The notes: generated from the letters alone by a model not told the origin. Positions 10,802-21,529 are shown, counted from the stretch's first letter. The stretch: DNA of 64,000 nucleotides from Candidatus Marinacidobacterales bacterium (GCA_965224085.1 CBDCYI010000005.1:1792001-1856000), one strand, 5' to 3'. Translations and numbers: made by a program.

Positions 10802-12485
10802 GTACCCGTCCTGACAGGTGTAAGAGGTTGAGAAAAAAGGGGTAATCGCAAATTTAGGGCTAGCCTTCTGAGGGAGTGTCGTTTAGTATCGAGTCGACAA
10901 AAACGCAGATTCTAAACGACTTAACTCCAAAGGAGACCAGCCCTAAATGCGAAAAACGATCAACCCACAACCAAGCCTTCGCGAGCCCTGGCTGGAGCTG
11001 GAGCACGCACGCGAACTCGAAACGATATCATCGCTGCTCGATGCCCATCCTAAGCTCAATGAGCTGGTACTGCAAGACCTGAGGTCGGTCACCCCATCGG
11101 CAGGGAGCGATGTTGGTCGTGGGGGAATGAGCGCGGAGCAGGTTCTCCGGGCGTTGTTGGTCAAGCAGCTGAATCAGTTCACCTATCGGGAGCTGGCGTT
11201 TCACTTGGCAGACTCTCGAAGCTATCGGACGTTTTGCCAGCTCGGCATCATAGAGCCGAGCCCGTCGAAGTCGACCCTAGCAGCAAACATCAAAGCCGTG
11301 AAGTTCGAAACGCTGGAGAAAATCAACCGAGAGTTGGTGAGTGTTGCCGAGAAGACCGCGATCGAAAAAGGAAGAAAAGTACGAGTGGACTGCACGGTAG
11401 TGGAGTCGAATATTCATTCTCCTACGGACTCCGAGCTTCTTTATGACTGCGTCCGAGTTCTCACTCGCCTCATGTGCCGAACTCGCGAACTGCTGGGTAC
11501 AGTAGTGGTCTTCGGCAATCGAACGCGTCGAGCGAAGAGACGTCGACTGGGAGTTCTAAACGCGAAGGATAAGGAACAAAGGCGTCGCGTCTATCGAGAT
11601 CTACTGAAGGTGTCGGAAGAAACCTATCGCTCCGCTCAACGCGTTGCAGACCAGTTGGACGAGTCCGGCTTGACCGAGCCGGTGAAGCGAGCGAGTGCGG
11701 AGAAGATCGCCGCGGATTTTAAGCACTTTCTCGTCCTCACCGAAAAAGTCATCAACCAAACTCGGCGTAGAGTGATTGATGAAGAGCGTGTGCCTGCGGA
11801 GGAAAAGGTCGTTTCGATCTTCGAAGAACACACCGACATTATTCGCAAAGACCGGCGCGAGACTCTCTACGGTCACAAGGTGTGTTTGACTGGTGGCTCG
11901 TCCTCGATGATTTTGGATTGCGTGATCTTGGATGGGAATCCGTCCGATTCAACTCTCGCGGAAACCATGATCGACCGTCAAGTCGAACTCTACGAACGGG
12001 CCCCGCGCCAGGTTGCCTACGATGGCGCGTTTTCTTCAAAGGCAAACTTGGAAGCCATCAAAGGCAAGGGAGTTGAAGATGTTGCCTTTACCAAGGCTCA
12101 CTTCGCGGTGACCGATATGGTCAAGAGTTCCTGGGTCTATCAACGCCTACGGCGATTTCGCTGCGGAATCGAAGGCGTCATTTCGTTCTTGAAACGAGTC
12201 TTTGGTCTCGACCGATGCACATGGCGCTCATTGCCTTCTTTCAAATCCTACGTATGGAGTTCCATCATCACCTGCAACCTGTTGGTAATGGCAAGGCACC
12301 TATTACGATAATAATGATTACTCTTACTGCGTTTATAGCCATGGATTGCTGACGATTCGCCTCTCGTTTCGTCCAAGATTTTCATTCGCTTCCGAGCCTA
12401 CGAGGTGCCGACTGAAAACGTATAATACCCACATCTTCGATAGGCCTCTCGTACACCACAAGTTATGGTGTTTCTGGACAGGAAC
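10802..12485 (+). mobile_element. ISNCY/IS5-like insertion sequence, copy 1 (1684 bp)
   Basis: imperfect IR GTACCCGTCCTGACA / TTTCTGGACAGGAAC; 6-bp direct repeat TAGCTA at 10796-10801 and 12486-12491; near-identical copies at 50042 and 52357. Confidence 0.95.
10947..12311 (+). CDS. DDE transposase (ISNCY/IS5-like)
   Basis: VRVDCTVVESNIHSPTD, YDGAF, RCGIEGVISFLKR; GGAG RBS. Confidence 0.95.
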   Translation: MRKTINPQPSLREPWLELEHARELETISSLLDAHPKLNELVLQDLRSVTPSAGSDVGRGGMSAEQVLRALLVKQLNQFTYRELAFHLADSRSYRTFCQLGIIEPSPSKSTLAANIKAVKFETLEKINRELVSVAEKTAIEKGRKVRVDCTVVESNIHSPTDSELLYDCVRVLTRLMCRTRELLGTVVVFGNRTRRAKRRRLGVLNAKDKEQRRRVYRDLLKVSEETYRSAQRVADQLDESGLTEPVKRASAEKIAADFKHFLVLTEKVINQTRRRVIDEERVPAEEKVVSIFEEHTDIIRKDRRETLYGHKVCLTGGSSSMILDCVILDGNPSDSTLAETMIDRQVELYERAPRQVAYDGAFSSKANLEAIKGKGVEDVAFTKAHFAVTDMVKSSWVYQRLRRFRCGIEGVISFLKRVFGLDRCTWRSLPSFKSYVWSSIITCNLLVMARHLLR

Positions 12486-12571
12486 TAGCTAGAGCTGTTG
12501 CAAAAGCCCGTTTAGCGTCAAGGCGTTCATTTGTTTGAGCACAGGAGTGAGGCCGTTGGTTGTACTGCTTG

Positions 12572-12917
12572 TTAGGAACGCGCCTGTCGGGCACGGTCGA
12601 GCGTATTTTGCTTGTTGATGTCCGCGAGTTCTCGCAGACAATCCTGCAAGCTCTGCCATGCGGCGACGCCTTCGCGGATACGCTTGTGTGCGGCTTGGGG
12701 CACATAGTAGCCGGTAGTCTTGCCGTGCTTGCCACGAAAATTGATATAGAGGTGAGGGCCATGCTTTGGCCCGGGCCCGTGGCACCGACAAGTGGGCGTA
12801 CCGCAGGTACGATAGGTTTCGGAGGGTGTGCCGAAGATCGCCCTTCGCGCATATTGTTGAATCTGTTGTAGGAGCTGGTCCCGACGTTTACGTGGATCGG
12901 AATGAAGGGTTCGGCAT
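12572..12917 (-). pseudogene. DUF6788-like IS accessory protein, frameshifted near 12894
   Basis: RTCGTPTCRCHGPGPKHGPHLY motif; ATG at 12917 is out of frame by one base. Confidence 0.7.
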
Positions 12918-14328
12918 TTTCGCTGTCCTTTCTTCGCCGCTTGACTCGAGCGATCGATATGAGGTTTTGGCTGATAACGCACCACCCGACGTAACGCTTG
13001 AATCCTCGGTCGCCCTTGTAGGTGGCGCGAAGCATAGCGAAGCGGTGCTTGAGGGTGCTGATGCGGGACTCGACGCCCCCGCGCCACTTGAGGGCTCGAC
13101 GGAACCAGCGCTTTTTTTGAACCTTGGCTCGTTTTTTCGAGGGTCGTCCTCGAGCCGGCAACACCACTTTCTTTACACCGAGATCTATGGCCTTGCGTTC
13201 ATTGTCTGCCGAAAAGAATCCGCGGTCAGCGGTCGCCATCTCCGGCGCACGAGCGAACTGTTTTTTGTGTTGCTCCAGCGCGGGCATCCACTGAGTTTGG
13301 TCCGCCGGATTGCCTGCGGCAACTTCGTAGTGGCTAACAATGCCGTTCTCCACCTCATCAATTCGCACGAGTCGTCCAAACTCGGTCGGCTTCCATGTTT
13401 TGCCTTTTCGGATCACGGCCGTATGCTCCTCGAACAGGCTGACGATCTTGTCCGGATGGTGACGATGGCCCCCTAAAACACGGGCCTTTGTCTGAGCTAA
13501 CACCTTTTTGCACAGTGGCAGATAATGTTCGAGTTGGCTCTGATTGCTTATGATGCTCACCAGCGAACCCACGACCGGAAGCTTTCCGCTCTTGAGCGAC
13601 TGAATAACCTCGTCGGCTTGCCGGACCACGCTGCGCGCCGTGCCCATGAGCTTGCGATAACTTTGCTTGAACTTGACTTGGCTCGATTCGGTGAACGACT
13701 TGCTGGCGCGGTCGATCTCAAGCTGCCTGTTTTTCGTTGATCGGCTGTGGTCCACCACCTTGAGCGCACCTTGAGCACAAGCCTTTGCAATACACTTCAG
13801 ACTACGGGTGAGCACCCGGATGCCATCGGCAAGCAGTGAGCTATCTGTGGGGTAATGGATGTTGCTCTCCACTACCGTCGTATCCGTGCGTAACTTGCGT
13901 CCCGTAGCCACCTTTTCGTCTCGAGCCTGAGCGACCACACGGGCATGGATTTTCTCTACGAACGCATCACCGAGTAGGGAAAAGTTGCGACTGAATGTGG
14001 AGTAGTTGGGAATCGAATCGTCGTCGAAGCGAGTGAAGCGCCGATACACGAGGCTAGAACGGATCTCCCGCTCGAGGACTCGGAAGGACCATCCTTTGAT
14101 GTGCTTGAGTACACAGCTGCGGAGCAAGCGGTCAGGCGCGATACTCACCCGGCCGGTACGCGGTGAGAGCGGGAAACGACCAGCGAGCGATTCTCTCGTC
14201 AGTTCTATCAGCTCGGGGTCCTCGAGGAGCGTGTCGACGGGTTCGAGTAGATCATCCTTGATGAGCGACGCCTGTTTGGAGAAGTTGACGTAGAAGAGGG
14301 CGGACTGCCTGGTAACGGTCCCTATAAC
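12888..14328 (-). CDS. DDE transposase; probable non-canonical GTT start, stop lost through the same frameshift
   Basis: LRTDTTVVESNIHYPTD, ADRGF, RGGVESRISTLK; frame stays open 60 codons upstream of the GTG at 14148. Confidence 0.85.
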
Positions 14329-14540
14329 GCCTAATAAATATCATCCCTTAGGCTACAAGTCAAGAAAAAAACGACCAAATACAAAATAGTTGGGAAAATT
14401 CTTGCGGATCGATCCAGGCGCGTTTGGCGCCGGCAAATCACAGATCTGTCAGCTGCCCGATTGGACGCGGATTGAAACCAACGGTGAAAGCGGTTACGTT
14501 TTGCAACAGGCTCTAGCTAAGCTAGAGAGAGAGACTTCAC

Positions 14541-15896
14541 TTGAAGCGTTTCGAGCTCGAGATCGAGAAAATTGTCGCGGGCGGCGACGGTCTCGCCCGC
14601 CACGAAGGACGCGTGGTCTTCGTTCCCGGGACCGTACCCGGTGAGAGACATCAGGTCGAGACGATTAGCGAAAAGAAAAACTTCATCAGAGCGAGAAGCG
14701 TCGCGCTCCTGGAATCGGCGGAGCACCGGCGTGAGGCTCCGTGTCCTTATTACGGACGGTGTGGTGGGTGCTCCTTGATGCATCTCTTACCCGCGGCTGC
14801 GCTCGAAGCGAAGCGCGACATCCTGCTCGAAAGCCTCGCGCGCGAGCGCATCTCGCACCGCACCGTCACGGCGACGCCATTTCCGGAAACGGGCTATCGC
14901 ACCCGAATGCGACTGCATCTCTCACGAAGTGGAAACGAGCTCGTTATGGGATTCCGCGGTCGCGCGAGCCACGCGGTGCACGACATCGAGCATTGTCTTC
15001 TCGCTTCGGGGCCCCTGAACGCGACATGGCGCGCCATCCGCTCTTGGTTCCACGAGGATACGACGCGAGCACATGGATTGAAATCGATCGAGCTTCAAGA
15101 ATCCAGCCATCAGCCAGGGAGGATTATCGGTCGATTTCTCGTCCAATCTAGTCATGGCGTACGTGAATTCGAAAAGCGTGATTCTTTTGAGCTCCTCGAG
15201 CACGCGGGGCTTCAAGGCTTCATCGTGGAGGCGGAACGCGGCGGCGGGCGGGAGCTTCGCGTCGGGAGCCCTATCGTGGAGCATCGTGTGGGCGAGCTCA
15301 TGCTTCGGCAAACCGCCGGCAGCTTTTTTCAAGCGAATCGGTTCGCTCTCGACCAGCTCGTCCAGATCGTTGCTCCGAAGTCGGCGGTGGCGCGATGGAT
15401 CGACCTCTATTGTGGCGTCGGTCTTTTCTCGCTTCCCTTCGCTTCCGCAGCGGGAGAGCTCTTCGGGGTCGAGAGCGCATCGCGATCACTCTCGGACGCC
15501 AAGGCCAATGCGAAAGCTGCCGGACAACAGAGCGTGCGGAACGTGCGCTTCATCCAGCAAGACGCTGCGGCCTTCGCGGAGGCGTTTTCGTTCAAACCGG
15601 ACGATATCGTCATCCTCGACCCGCCGCGTGGCGGCCTTCCACGGGCCCTCTGCGAGCGCCTTGTCGCGAGTTCGGTCGAGCGCCTGCATTATGTCTCCTG
15701 TGATCCCCCGGCTTTCGCGAGGGATGCGCGCTTACTCGTTGCGGGCGGCTTCGAGATCAAAGCACTCGAGCTCGTCGATCTCTTTCCAAATACCCATCAC
15801 TTCGAGACCATCGCGTCCTTCATCCGTCGCCCTGCACTCTCCAGACTTGATTCTGTGCCCGCCACCTCATCATCCGAAAGACCTGCAAACAGTTGA
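14541..15896 (+). CDS. rlmD: 23S rRNA m5U methyltransferase RlmD/TrmA family
   Basis: TRAM N-terminus, CPYYGRCGGC Fe-S motif, FFQAN, DLYCGVG, DPPR, YVSCD, FPNTHHFE. Confidence 0.9.
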   Translation: MKRFELEIEKIVAGGDGLARHEGRVVFVPGTVPGERHQVETISEKKNFIRARSVALLESAEHRREAPCPYYGRCGGCSLMHLLPAAALEAKRDILLESLARERISHRTVTATPFPETGYRTRMRLHLSRSGNELVMGFRGRASHAVHDIEHCLLASGPLNATWRAIRSWFHEDTTRAHGLKSIELQESSHQPGRIIGRFLVQSSHGVREFEKRDSFELLEHAGLQGFIVEAERGGGRELRVGSPIVEHRVGELMLRQTAGSFFQANRFALDQLVQIVAPKSAVARWIDLYCGVGLFSLPFASAAGELFGVESASRSLSDAKANAKAAGQQSVRNVRFIQQDAAAFAEAFSFKPDDIVILDPPRGGLPRALCERLVASSVERLHYVSCDPPAFARDARLLVAGGFEIKALELVDLFPNTHHFETIASFIRRPALSRLDSVPATSSSERPANS

Positions 15897-15926
15897 CGTT
15901 CTAGATCGAAATCGGCGCGGGTTTTT

Positions 15927-18114
15927 GTGAGAGCGCCGGCGCTTCTACCGTGTCTTGCGCTCGTATCCGGCGTCCTGCTGGCTCCTTTCGAAAGCCCCGG
16001 GCCTCCTCTGTGCACGGCGGCTATCGTCCTCGCGGCCGCGACGGTCTCGGCACGCCGCGGTTGGCTGCGCACAGGCTCGGCCTCGGTCGCCGTGGCGTTC
16101 TTTCTCATGGGGAATGCGGCCGACGCGCTGCGAGGGACAACGAGTTCCACGCTTCGCGATCTCTATCGACGCGAGGGCGCGCGCGCCTTCGTGTCTCCGC
16201 GTCGCGTCGAGGGCCGGCTGCGTCGCGAGCCCGAGCGCGCGCGCGCCGCGACACTGCTTGCGTTGGACGTCCGACGCGTCGATGTCGCGGGCCAAGAGGT
16301 CCGCGTCCAAGGTGGCTTGAAGGTGAGTGTTCGCGGGGTCCATCGAGGCCGCCTCGAGGCACTCGCGGCCGGCGATCGTCTCGTTTTCTGGACGCGCCTC
16401 CGCCTGCCCTCCTATTTTCGTAACGGGGGCGGCTTCGACGGGGCGGCGTATCTCGCCCGCCAAGAGATCGAGCTTCTTGGCTCGACCAAGAGTGGACTTC
16501 TTGTGACGCTCGACGAAAAAGGGTCGTTTTGGTCATCCTTCATCTCGCGGCTTCGTCTTCGCGCTCAAAGACGCCTCGAGCGTCGGCTCTCCGAAGAAAC
16601 CTTCGGGGTGGTCGCGGCGCTCGTCACGGGTGAACGTGCAGGGCTCTCGGCTGAGCTCGAGCGCCTCTACCAACGTGCCGGCATTTATCACGTCATGGCC
16701 ATCAGCGGTGCTCATGTTGCCCTTTGGATCCTCTTTCTCCATGCGCTCATGCGTCGCTGCGGTGTGAGCTCATCGAGCTCACTCCTCGTTCTTCTTGCCC
16801 TGTTACCGCTCTATGCCGCGTTTTGCGGGGATGGACCCGCTTCACTCGAGGCTCGCATTCGCGGGCAGGCTTGCACTGCCACTCGCGATCTCCATCGCCG
16901 CGCAGCTCGGTGTCGTGCCGGTCGCGGCGTGGCATTTTCATCGCTTGAGCCCCGTCGCGCCGATCGCGAGCCTCGCCGCCATGCCGGCCGCAGCCATCGT
17001 CTGCATTCTCGGCGTGGCACTTATCGCCTTTTCGGAAGTTTCCCTCGTCTCGGGGCTTGTCGCTTTTGCGACGACGCAGGCGGTCGCGGTGTTGAACTTC
17101 ATCGCTGTGCTCGCCGCGCATCTTCCGGTCGCCTCGCTGCGCGTCGGGGCGCCGTCTCCGACTTGGGTCGTGTTTTACGCGCCGGCGCTCTTACTTGTCA
17201 TCTCGCCCTCGCGGCGCCGCTTCGGCGCCGGTGCCTGTATCCTCGTCGTCTTGGTGGCGTCGCTGGCCTTTTCGTGGCCGCACTGGCCGCACAAGGGCGA
17301 CGTGCTCGAAATGGCCGTTCTCGACGTCGGCCACGGTGATGCCATCGTGCTATCCCTTCCCGACGGCAAAAACGTGCTGGTGGATGGCGGTGGACTGGGC
17401 CACTCGTCGCTCGATATCGGTGAAAGCGTTCTCGTTCCCTATCTTCTCAATCGTGGTGTTCGAAAGTTGGACGCGGTGATCGTGACGCATGCGGATTTCG
17501 ATCACGTGGGAGGGCTCTTCACGGTGATGGAGGAGCTCGAGGTCAATGCCCTCTGGGAAGGAGATCCCGAGTGGGCCTTGTCGCATCGCCCGGCTTATCG
17601 CGCTTTACATGAGCGTGCTGCTGGGGCCGGGATAACGGCCCATGTGCTGACGAGCGGCGAAAGCTTTTCTTGGGGCGGCGTGCAATTCGAAGTTCTGGCG
17701 GCGTCGCACTCGGGATTCGAGAGATCGAACGATCGCTCCGTGGTTCTGCGGATCACCTATGGAGGCCGGAGCCTCTTGCTTACCGGAGACGCGGAGCGAG
17801 CGCTCGAGGCGGCGCTCGTTCGATCCGGAGCGGATTTACGCGCGGACGTTCTCAAGGTCGCCCATCATGGAAGCCGAAGCTCGAGCACCGAACCCTTTCT
17901 CGACGCTGTGCGCCCGCAGCTAGCCATCATCTCTGCCCGTCGCGCTCCATCACGTCCCCTGCCGTCTGCCCGCGTGCTCCACCGGTTGAGGGAGCGCGGG
18001 ATCGAGTATCTTCGCACCGACCATAACGGTACGGTGACCGTCCGCATCCGCGAGGATGGGCAGATGAGCGTTTCGACCTATCGGGGCGGATCAGTTCTTG
18101 GCTTCCGCCCATAA
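15927..18114 (+). pseudogene. comEC: ComEC/Rec2 competence protein with internal deletion and frameshift near 16830
   Basis: OB region plus HVMAISGAHV in one frame; TM helices plus beta-lactamase fold (DVGHGD, THADFDH, KVAHHGS) in another; the conserved core between them is absent. Confidence 0.85.
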
Positions 18115-18861
18115 TCGCTCCAGCTCTGCCATCGTAACGGACTCGACGGATTTGCCGTCGGCCGCGAGCCGCTTTTCCATGAACCGAAAACGCTTGGAGA
18201 ACTTCTCGTTCGCATCCAAGAGTGCCACCTCGCCGTCTGTTCTCGAAAGCCGCGCAAAATTGACGATCGCGAAGAGTAAATCGCCGAGCTCTTCGTGAAC
18301 CGAGGATTCGTTTCCCGCGCGCACGGCCTCTTTCAGCTCGAGAACCTCTTCATCGATTTTTTTGAGAACTTGCTCGCGAGAGTCCCAGTCGAAACCTGCG
18401 TGGGCGGCCCGCTTCGAGAGCTTGGCCGCACGTCCCAGGGCGGGGAGCGAGTGTTCTACGCCGTCGAGATGCGATGTGGGCGAGGGCTTCTCCTTGGCTT
18501 TGATGTCTTCCCAGTGTGCGAGCGCCGCTCCCGCGCCGTCGGCGGTCTTGGACTCGAAGACGTGTGGATGACGCCGGATCAGCTTTTCTCGGATCCCACG
18601 CACGATCTCGGGCATCGTGAACGCCCCCGCTTCAATCCCCACTTGAGCGACGAAAACGACTTCGAGGAGAAGGTCGCCGAGCTCTTCGCAAACGGCTTCC
18701 GTGTTGTTTTGTCCGATCGCGTCCACGAGCTCGTAGGCTTCTTCGAGTACGAAGGACCGCAAAGACGCCATCGTTTGCTCGCGATCCCAAGCGCATCCAT
18801 CTGGAGCGCGAAGCCTCGCCATCAGTTCAATGAGCATTTCGAACTCTTCACCTGCGCTCAC
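18091..18861 (-). CDS. mazG: nucleoside triphosphate pyrophosphohydrolase MazG
   Basis: LRAPDGCAWDREQT, EELGDLL twice, RRHPHVF, GFDW. Confidence 0.96.
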   Translation of the reverse strand: MSAGEEFEMLIELMARLRAPDGCAWDREQTMASLRSFVLEEAYELVDAIGQNNTEAVCEELGDLLLEVVFVAQVGIEAGAFTMPEIVRGIREKLIRRHPHVFESKTADGAGAALAHWEDIKAKEKPSPTSHLDGVEHSLPALGRAAKLSKRAAHAGFDWDSREQVLKKIDEEVLELKEAVRAGNESSVHEELGDLLFAIVNFARLSRTDGEVALLDANEKFSKRFRFMEKRLAADGKSVESVTMAELERLWAEAKN

Positions 18862-19030
18862 GTTCCTTCATGCCTTTCTTTCGCTTCTTTGGTGGGGTAT
18901 CGTCTGTAAATTCTTGAAAAAATTAGAGATATAGTAGCGTCCGTCTGTTGATCCGCCTATCTCGCTATGCTATTTTCGGGAATTATAAGAAACGATTGAC
19001 AAGGCACCCGTGATCGTGTATTCTACGATC

Positions 19031-20011
19031 ATGATGACGCGATACAACTCCCCAGGGCGAGGGCACCGGGAAGGCATAACCGTTGTTCAGCTCATGGACA
19101 TGTTCCCGACCGATGAAGCGGCAACCAAATGGTTCGAGGCTGCAATCTGGCATGGCACTCGGTGCTGCGGACATTGCGGTAGCCTCAGCACCAGCGAAGT
19201 CCCGAACGAAAAGCCGATGCCCTACTGGTGCTCCACCTGCCGGAGCTACTTCAGCGTTCGCACGGGCACCCCTATTGCCCATTCTAAGATCGCGCTCCGC
19301 AAATGGGTTATCGCCATCTACCTCTGCTTGACTAGTCTCAAAGGCGTCTCGAGCATGAAGCTCCACCGAGACATCGGCGTCTCACAGGCCGCGGCTTGGT
19401 TCATGCTCCATCGGATTCGAGAAGCGTGGAGCGGTCCTAACGGCAAATCGTTCGCCGGGCCTGTCGAGGTAGACGAAACCTTCTTCGGCGGGAAGGCTCG
19501 CAACATGCAGCACGCCCACAAGCGCGAGCAGGCTATTAAGGGCCGAGGATCCGCAGGGAAGACGGCCGTCATCGGCGCGAAGGACCGCCGGACGAACCGT
19601 GTCAGCGCCGAGGTCATCGGCAACACCGACCAACCGACGCTCCAAGGCTTCGTCGCGAAGAATGTCGATCCTAGCGCGAAGCTCTACACCGACGACCACA
19701 GAGGCTATGTCGGTCTACCCAATCACGAGACGGTGAAGCACAGCGTCAAAGAGTACGTCAACGGAATGGTGCACACCAACGGGATTGAGAGCTTCTGGTC
19801 GATGCTCAAGCGGGCGCACAAGGGGGCGTTCCACAAGATGAGCCCCAAGCACTTACAACGCTACGTTAATGAGTTCGCTGAGAAGCACAACATCCGCGAC
19901 CTAGGAACTCTCGACCAAATGCTCGACACCGTCGCTCGGCTTGTCGGACACCGACTTCTCTACCGTGACCTCGTCGCCAAGAACGGGCTCAGTTCGATGG
20001 CGAGGTCGTAA
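19031..20011 (+). CDS. IS1595-family transposase
   Basis: CGHC...CSTC zinc ribbon, VEVDET, YTDD, HTNGIESFWSMLKR. Confidence 0.93.
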   Translation: MMTRYNSPGRGHREGITVVQLMDMFPTDEAATKWFEAAIWHGTRCCGHCGSLSTSEVPNEKPMPYWCSTCRSYFSVRTGTPIAHSKIALRKWVIAIYLCLTSLKGVSSMKLHRDIGVSQAAAWFMLHRIREAWSGPNGKSFAGPVEVDETFFGGKARNMQHAHKREQAIKGRGSAGKTAVIGAKDRRTNRVSAEVIGNTDQPTLQGFVAKNVDPSAKLYTDDHRGYVGLPNHETVKHSVKEYVNGMVHTNGIESFWSMLKRAHKGAFHKMSPKHLQRYVNEFAEKHNIRDLGTLDQMLDTVARLVGHRLLYRDLVAKNGLSSMARS

Positions 20012-20088
20012 GGGACTCAGCAACGCGCGGGCCAATCTCTCCGGCGTGGCGCCGGCCAGGTCGCGCTCGGGGATGATCATCGGTGGTC

Positions 20089-20443
20089 TCATAGCTTCAC
20101 CTTGATGTTACCGACCCGGTCCTCTACGCGTTCGAGCCGCTTATCCATCTTCTCGGTCCTACGGCCCAATGAGGTCTAGCTTCTGACCGAATACTCCAAA
20201 ATTGTGCTCAAGGGTGCTGAACCGGTGACCCATCGCGTCGAGCTTTGACGACAGCCCGTCGATTTTACCCGACACTTTTTCGATGTCGTCGATTATCTCT
20301 CCTTGCCTGAACCCGTACTTCTCGTCGAGCCTCGTCGCGATTGCGTCTGCCAGTTCATGCGCGAACTTAGGGTCTTTTGCCATCAGAGCCGCAAGCCTTT
20401 CAATGTCTTGATCCGATAGACCGTCTGCATTATAATCCAGCAC
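20089..20443 (-). pseudogene. coiled-coil passenger protein with +1 frameshift at 20165-20167
   Basis: 94 aa ORF; heptad pattern continues in the adjacent frame (RRTEKMDKRLERVEDRVGNIKVKL*) to a TGA overlapping the ATG at 20092. Confidence 0.55.
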
Positions 20444-20487
20444 AGAAGTTCTCCCTGTCTCCGCGCTGTCACGCGGTGATGATTTAA

Positions 20488-20524
20488 AAGCCCCGGGGGT
20501 AATTCCCCGGGGCTTCTGCTTTTC
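20488..20524. terminator. intrinsic terminator hairpin, possibly bidirectional
   Basis: AAGCCCCGGGG-GTAATT-CCCCGGGGCTT, with an A run 5' and a T-rich tail 3'. Confidence 0.7.
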
Positions 20525-20859
20525 AGGCTCTACTCTATCACTACCTCGGCGGATTGGTGTAGAACCTCACAATCCCTCTGTTTCTGAGGTCGTCTGTATA
20601 TCCGATAGCGATGTAGAAGCCCAGCTGTGCGCTGAATGTGAAGCTTTTAGTGCTGCCAAGCCTCCAGCCTGTTGTTACCGAACGCATTGACAAAATGATC
20701 CGCGCCATACTCCCATATTGGCTCGAAGTTTCGATTCTCGCCTCGGATGAAGTTCAAATTGGCTCCCACGCCCCCCGTGTTCGAACATCCTCGCGGTCAT
20801 CAGGCTGCAACGTCAATGGAATCCGGCCTGGATCGCGTGCTACGTCCTCACGGCGGGCC

Positions 20860-21529
20860 GCTCTCGTTTGGCTGCGCTTCTATATCTTTTATGCGACGTT
20901 GGCCGCGGCCGTAGTGGGTCTGCTTGTTGGGAATCGGAGGAATCCCATCTTGGGGCTTGTCACGCAATTGAGCCTCGTCTTCGCCGTCCTCTTTGCTCCT
21001 GACCTACACACCGGTCGGGCAGGAAGTGCTACTTAGAAGCCGTTTCCTGGATTTGGGGCTCCTTCAGTTCTCCCGAACCGACCTCTCGCGCGCGGCAAGC
21101 GGCTATGGCAGCGACGCGGATATCTCCACTGTGGCTGGCTTGCTCAGCGCCCTGCCGATCGGCATCATGCATTTGCTGTTTGGACCTTTTCCGTGGACGG
21201 TGAGCAATCTGCGCCAGACCTTGGCGCTCCCCGACGTGCTGGCTTGGTACGCGCTCACACCGGCGCTCATCGCCGGTATCGGCCTGGCTTTGAAGCGGCT
21301 CCGACAGACGATGCCCATCCTCGTCTTTACAACTGCGCTGACGCTTGCCTATGGTGCCTTTCTCGGCAATGTCGGCACCGCCTACCGGCAGCGAACCCAG
21401 ATCATGATGTTCTACTTTCTGTTCGTCGCGGATGGTCTGCACCGCAAACGCCGGATGGCCGGAAGCGAGGAGCCGAGTGCGACACAGTCCGCTCGAAATC
21501 AGACCTTGAATCCGATCGCGCACCAATAG
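20860..21529 (+). pseudogene. C-terminal remnant of a polysaccharide-locus membrane protein
   Basis: hydrophobic segments in two frames joined near 20995; GNVGTAYRQR motif; no credible N-terminus. Confidence 0.55.

Larger units (their letters stand above)
12492..14513 (-). mobile_element. second ISNCY/IS5-like element with DUF6788-like accessory gene (2022 bp)
   Basis: IR GAGCTGTTGCAAAA / TTTTGCAACAGGCTC; TAGCTA on both sides (12486-12491 shared with copy 1; 14514-14519). Confidence 0.9.
18957..20616 (+). mobile_element. IS1595-family element with passenger ORFs (ends approximate)
   Basis: transposase plus imperfect IR CTATCTCGCTAT / ATAGCGATGTAG; no clear target duplication. Confidence 0.55.

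Noticed and set aside
12421-12426. TATAAT near the right end of IS A as an outward promoter
   Set aside because: No acceptable -35 box or extended -10 at the right spacing
12463-12887. Long C-terminal extension of transposase B
   Set aside because: Read-through caused by an indel; it extends beyond the IS end into the neighbouring element
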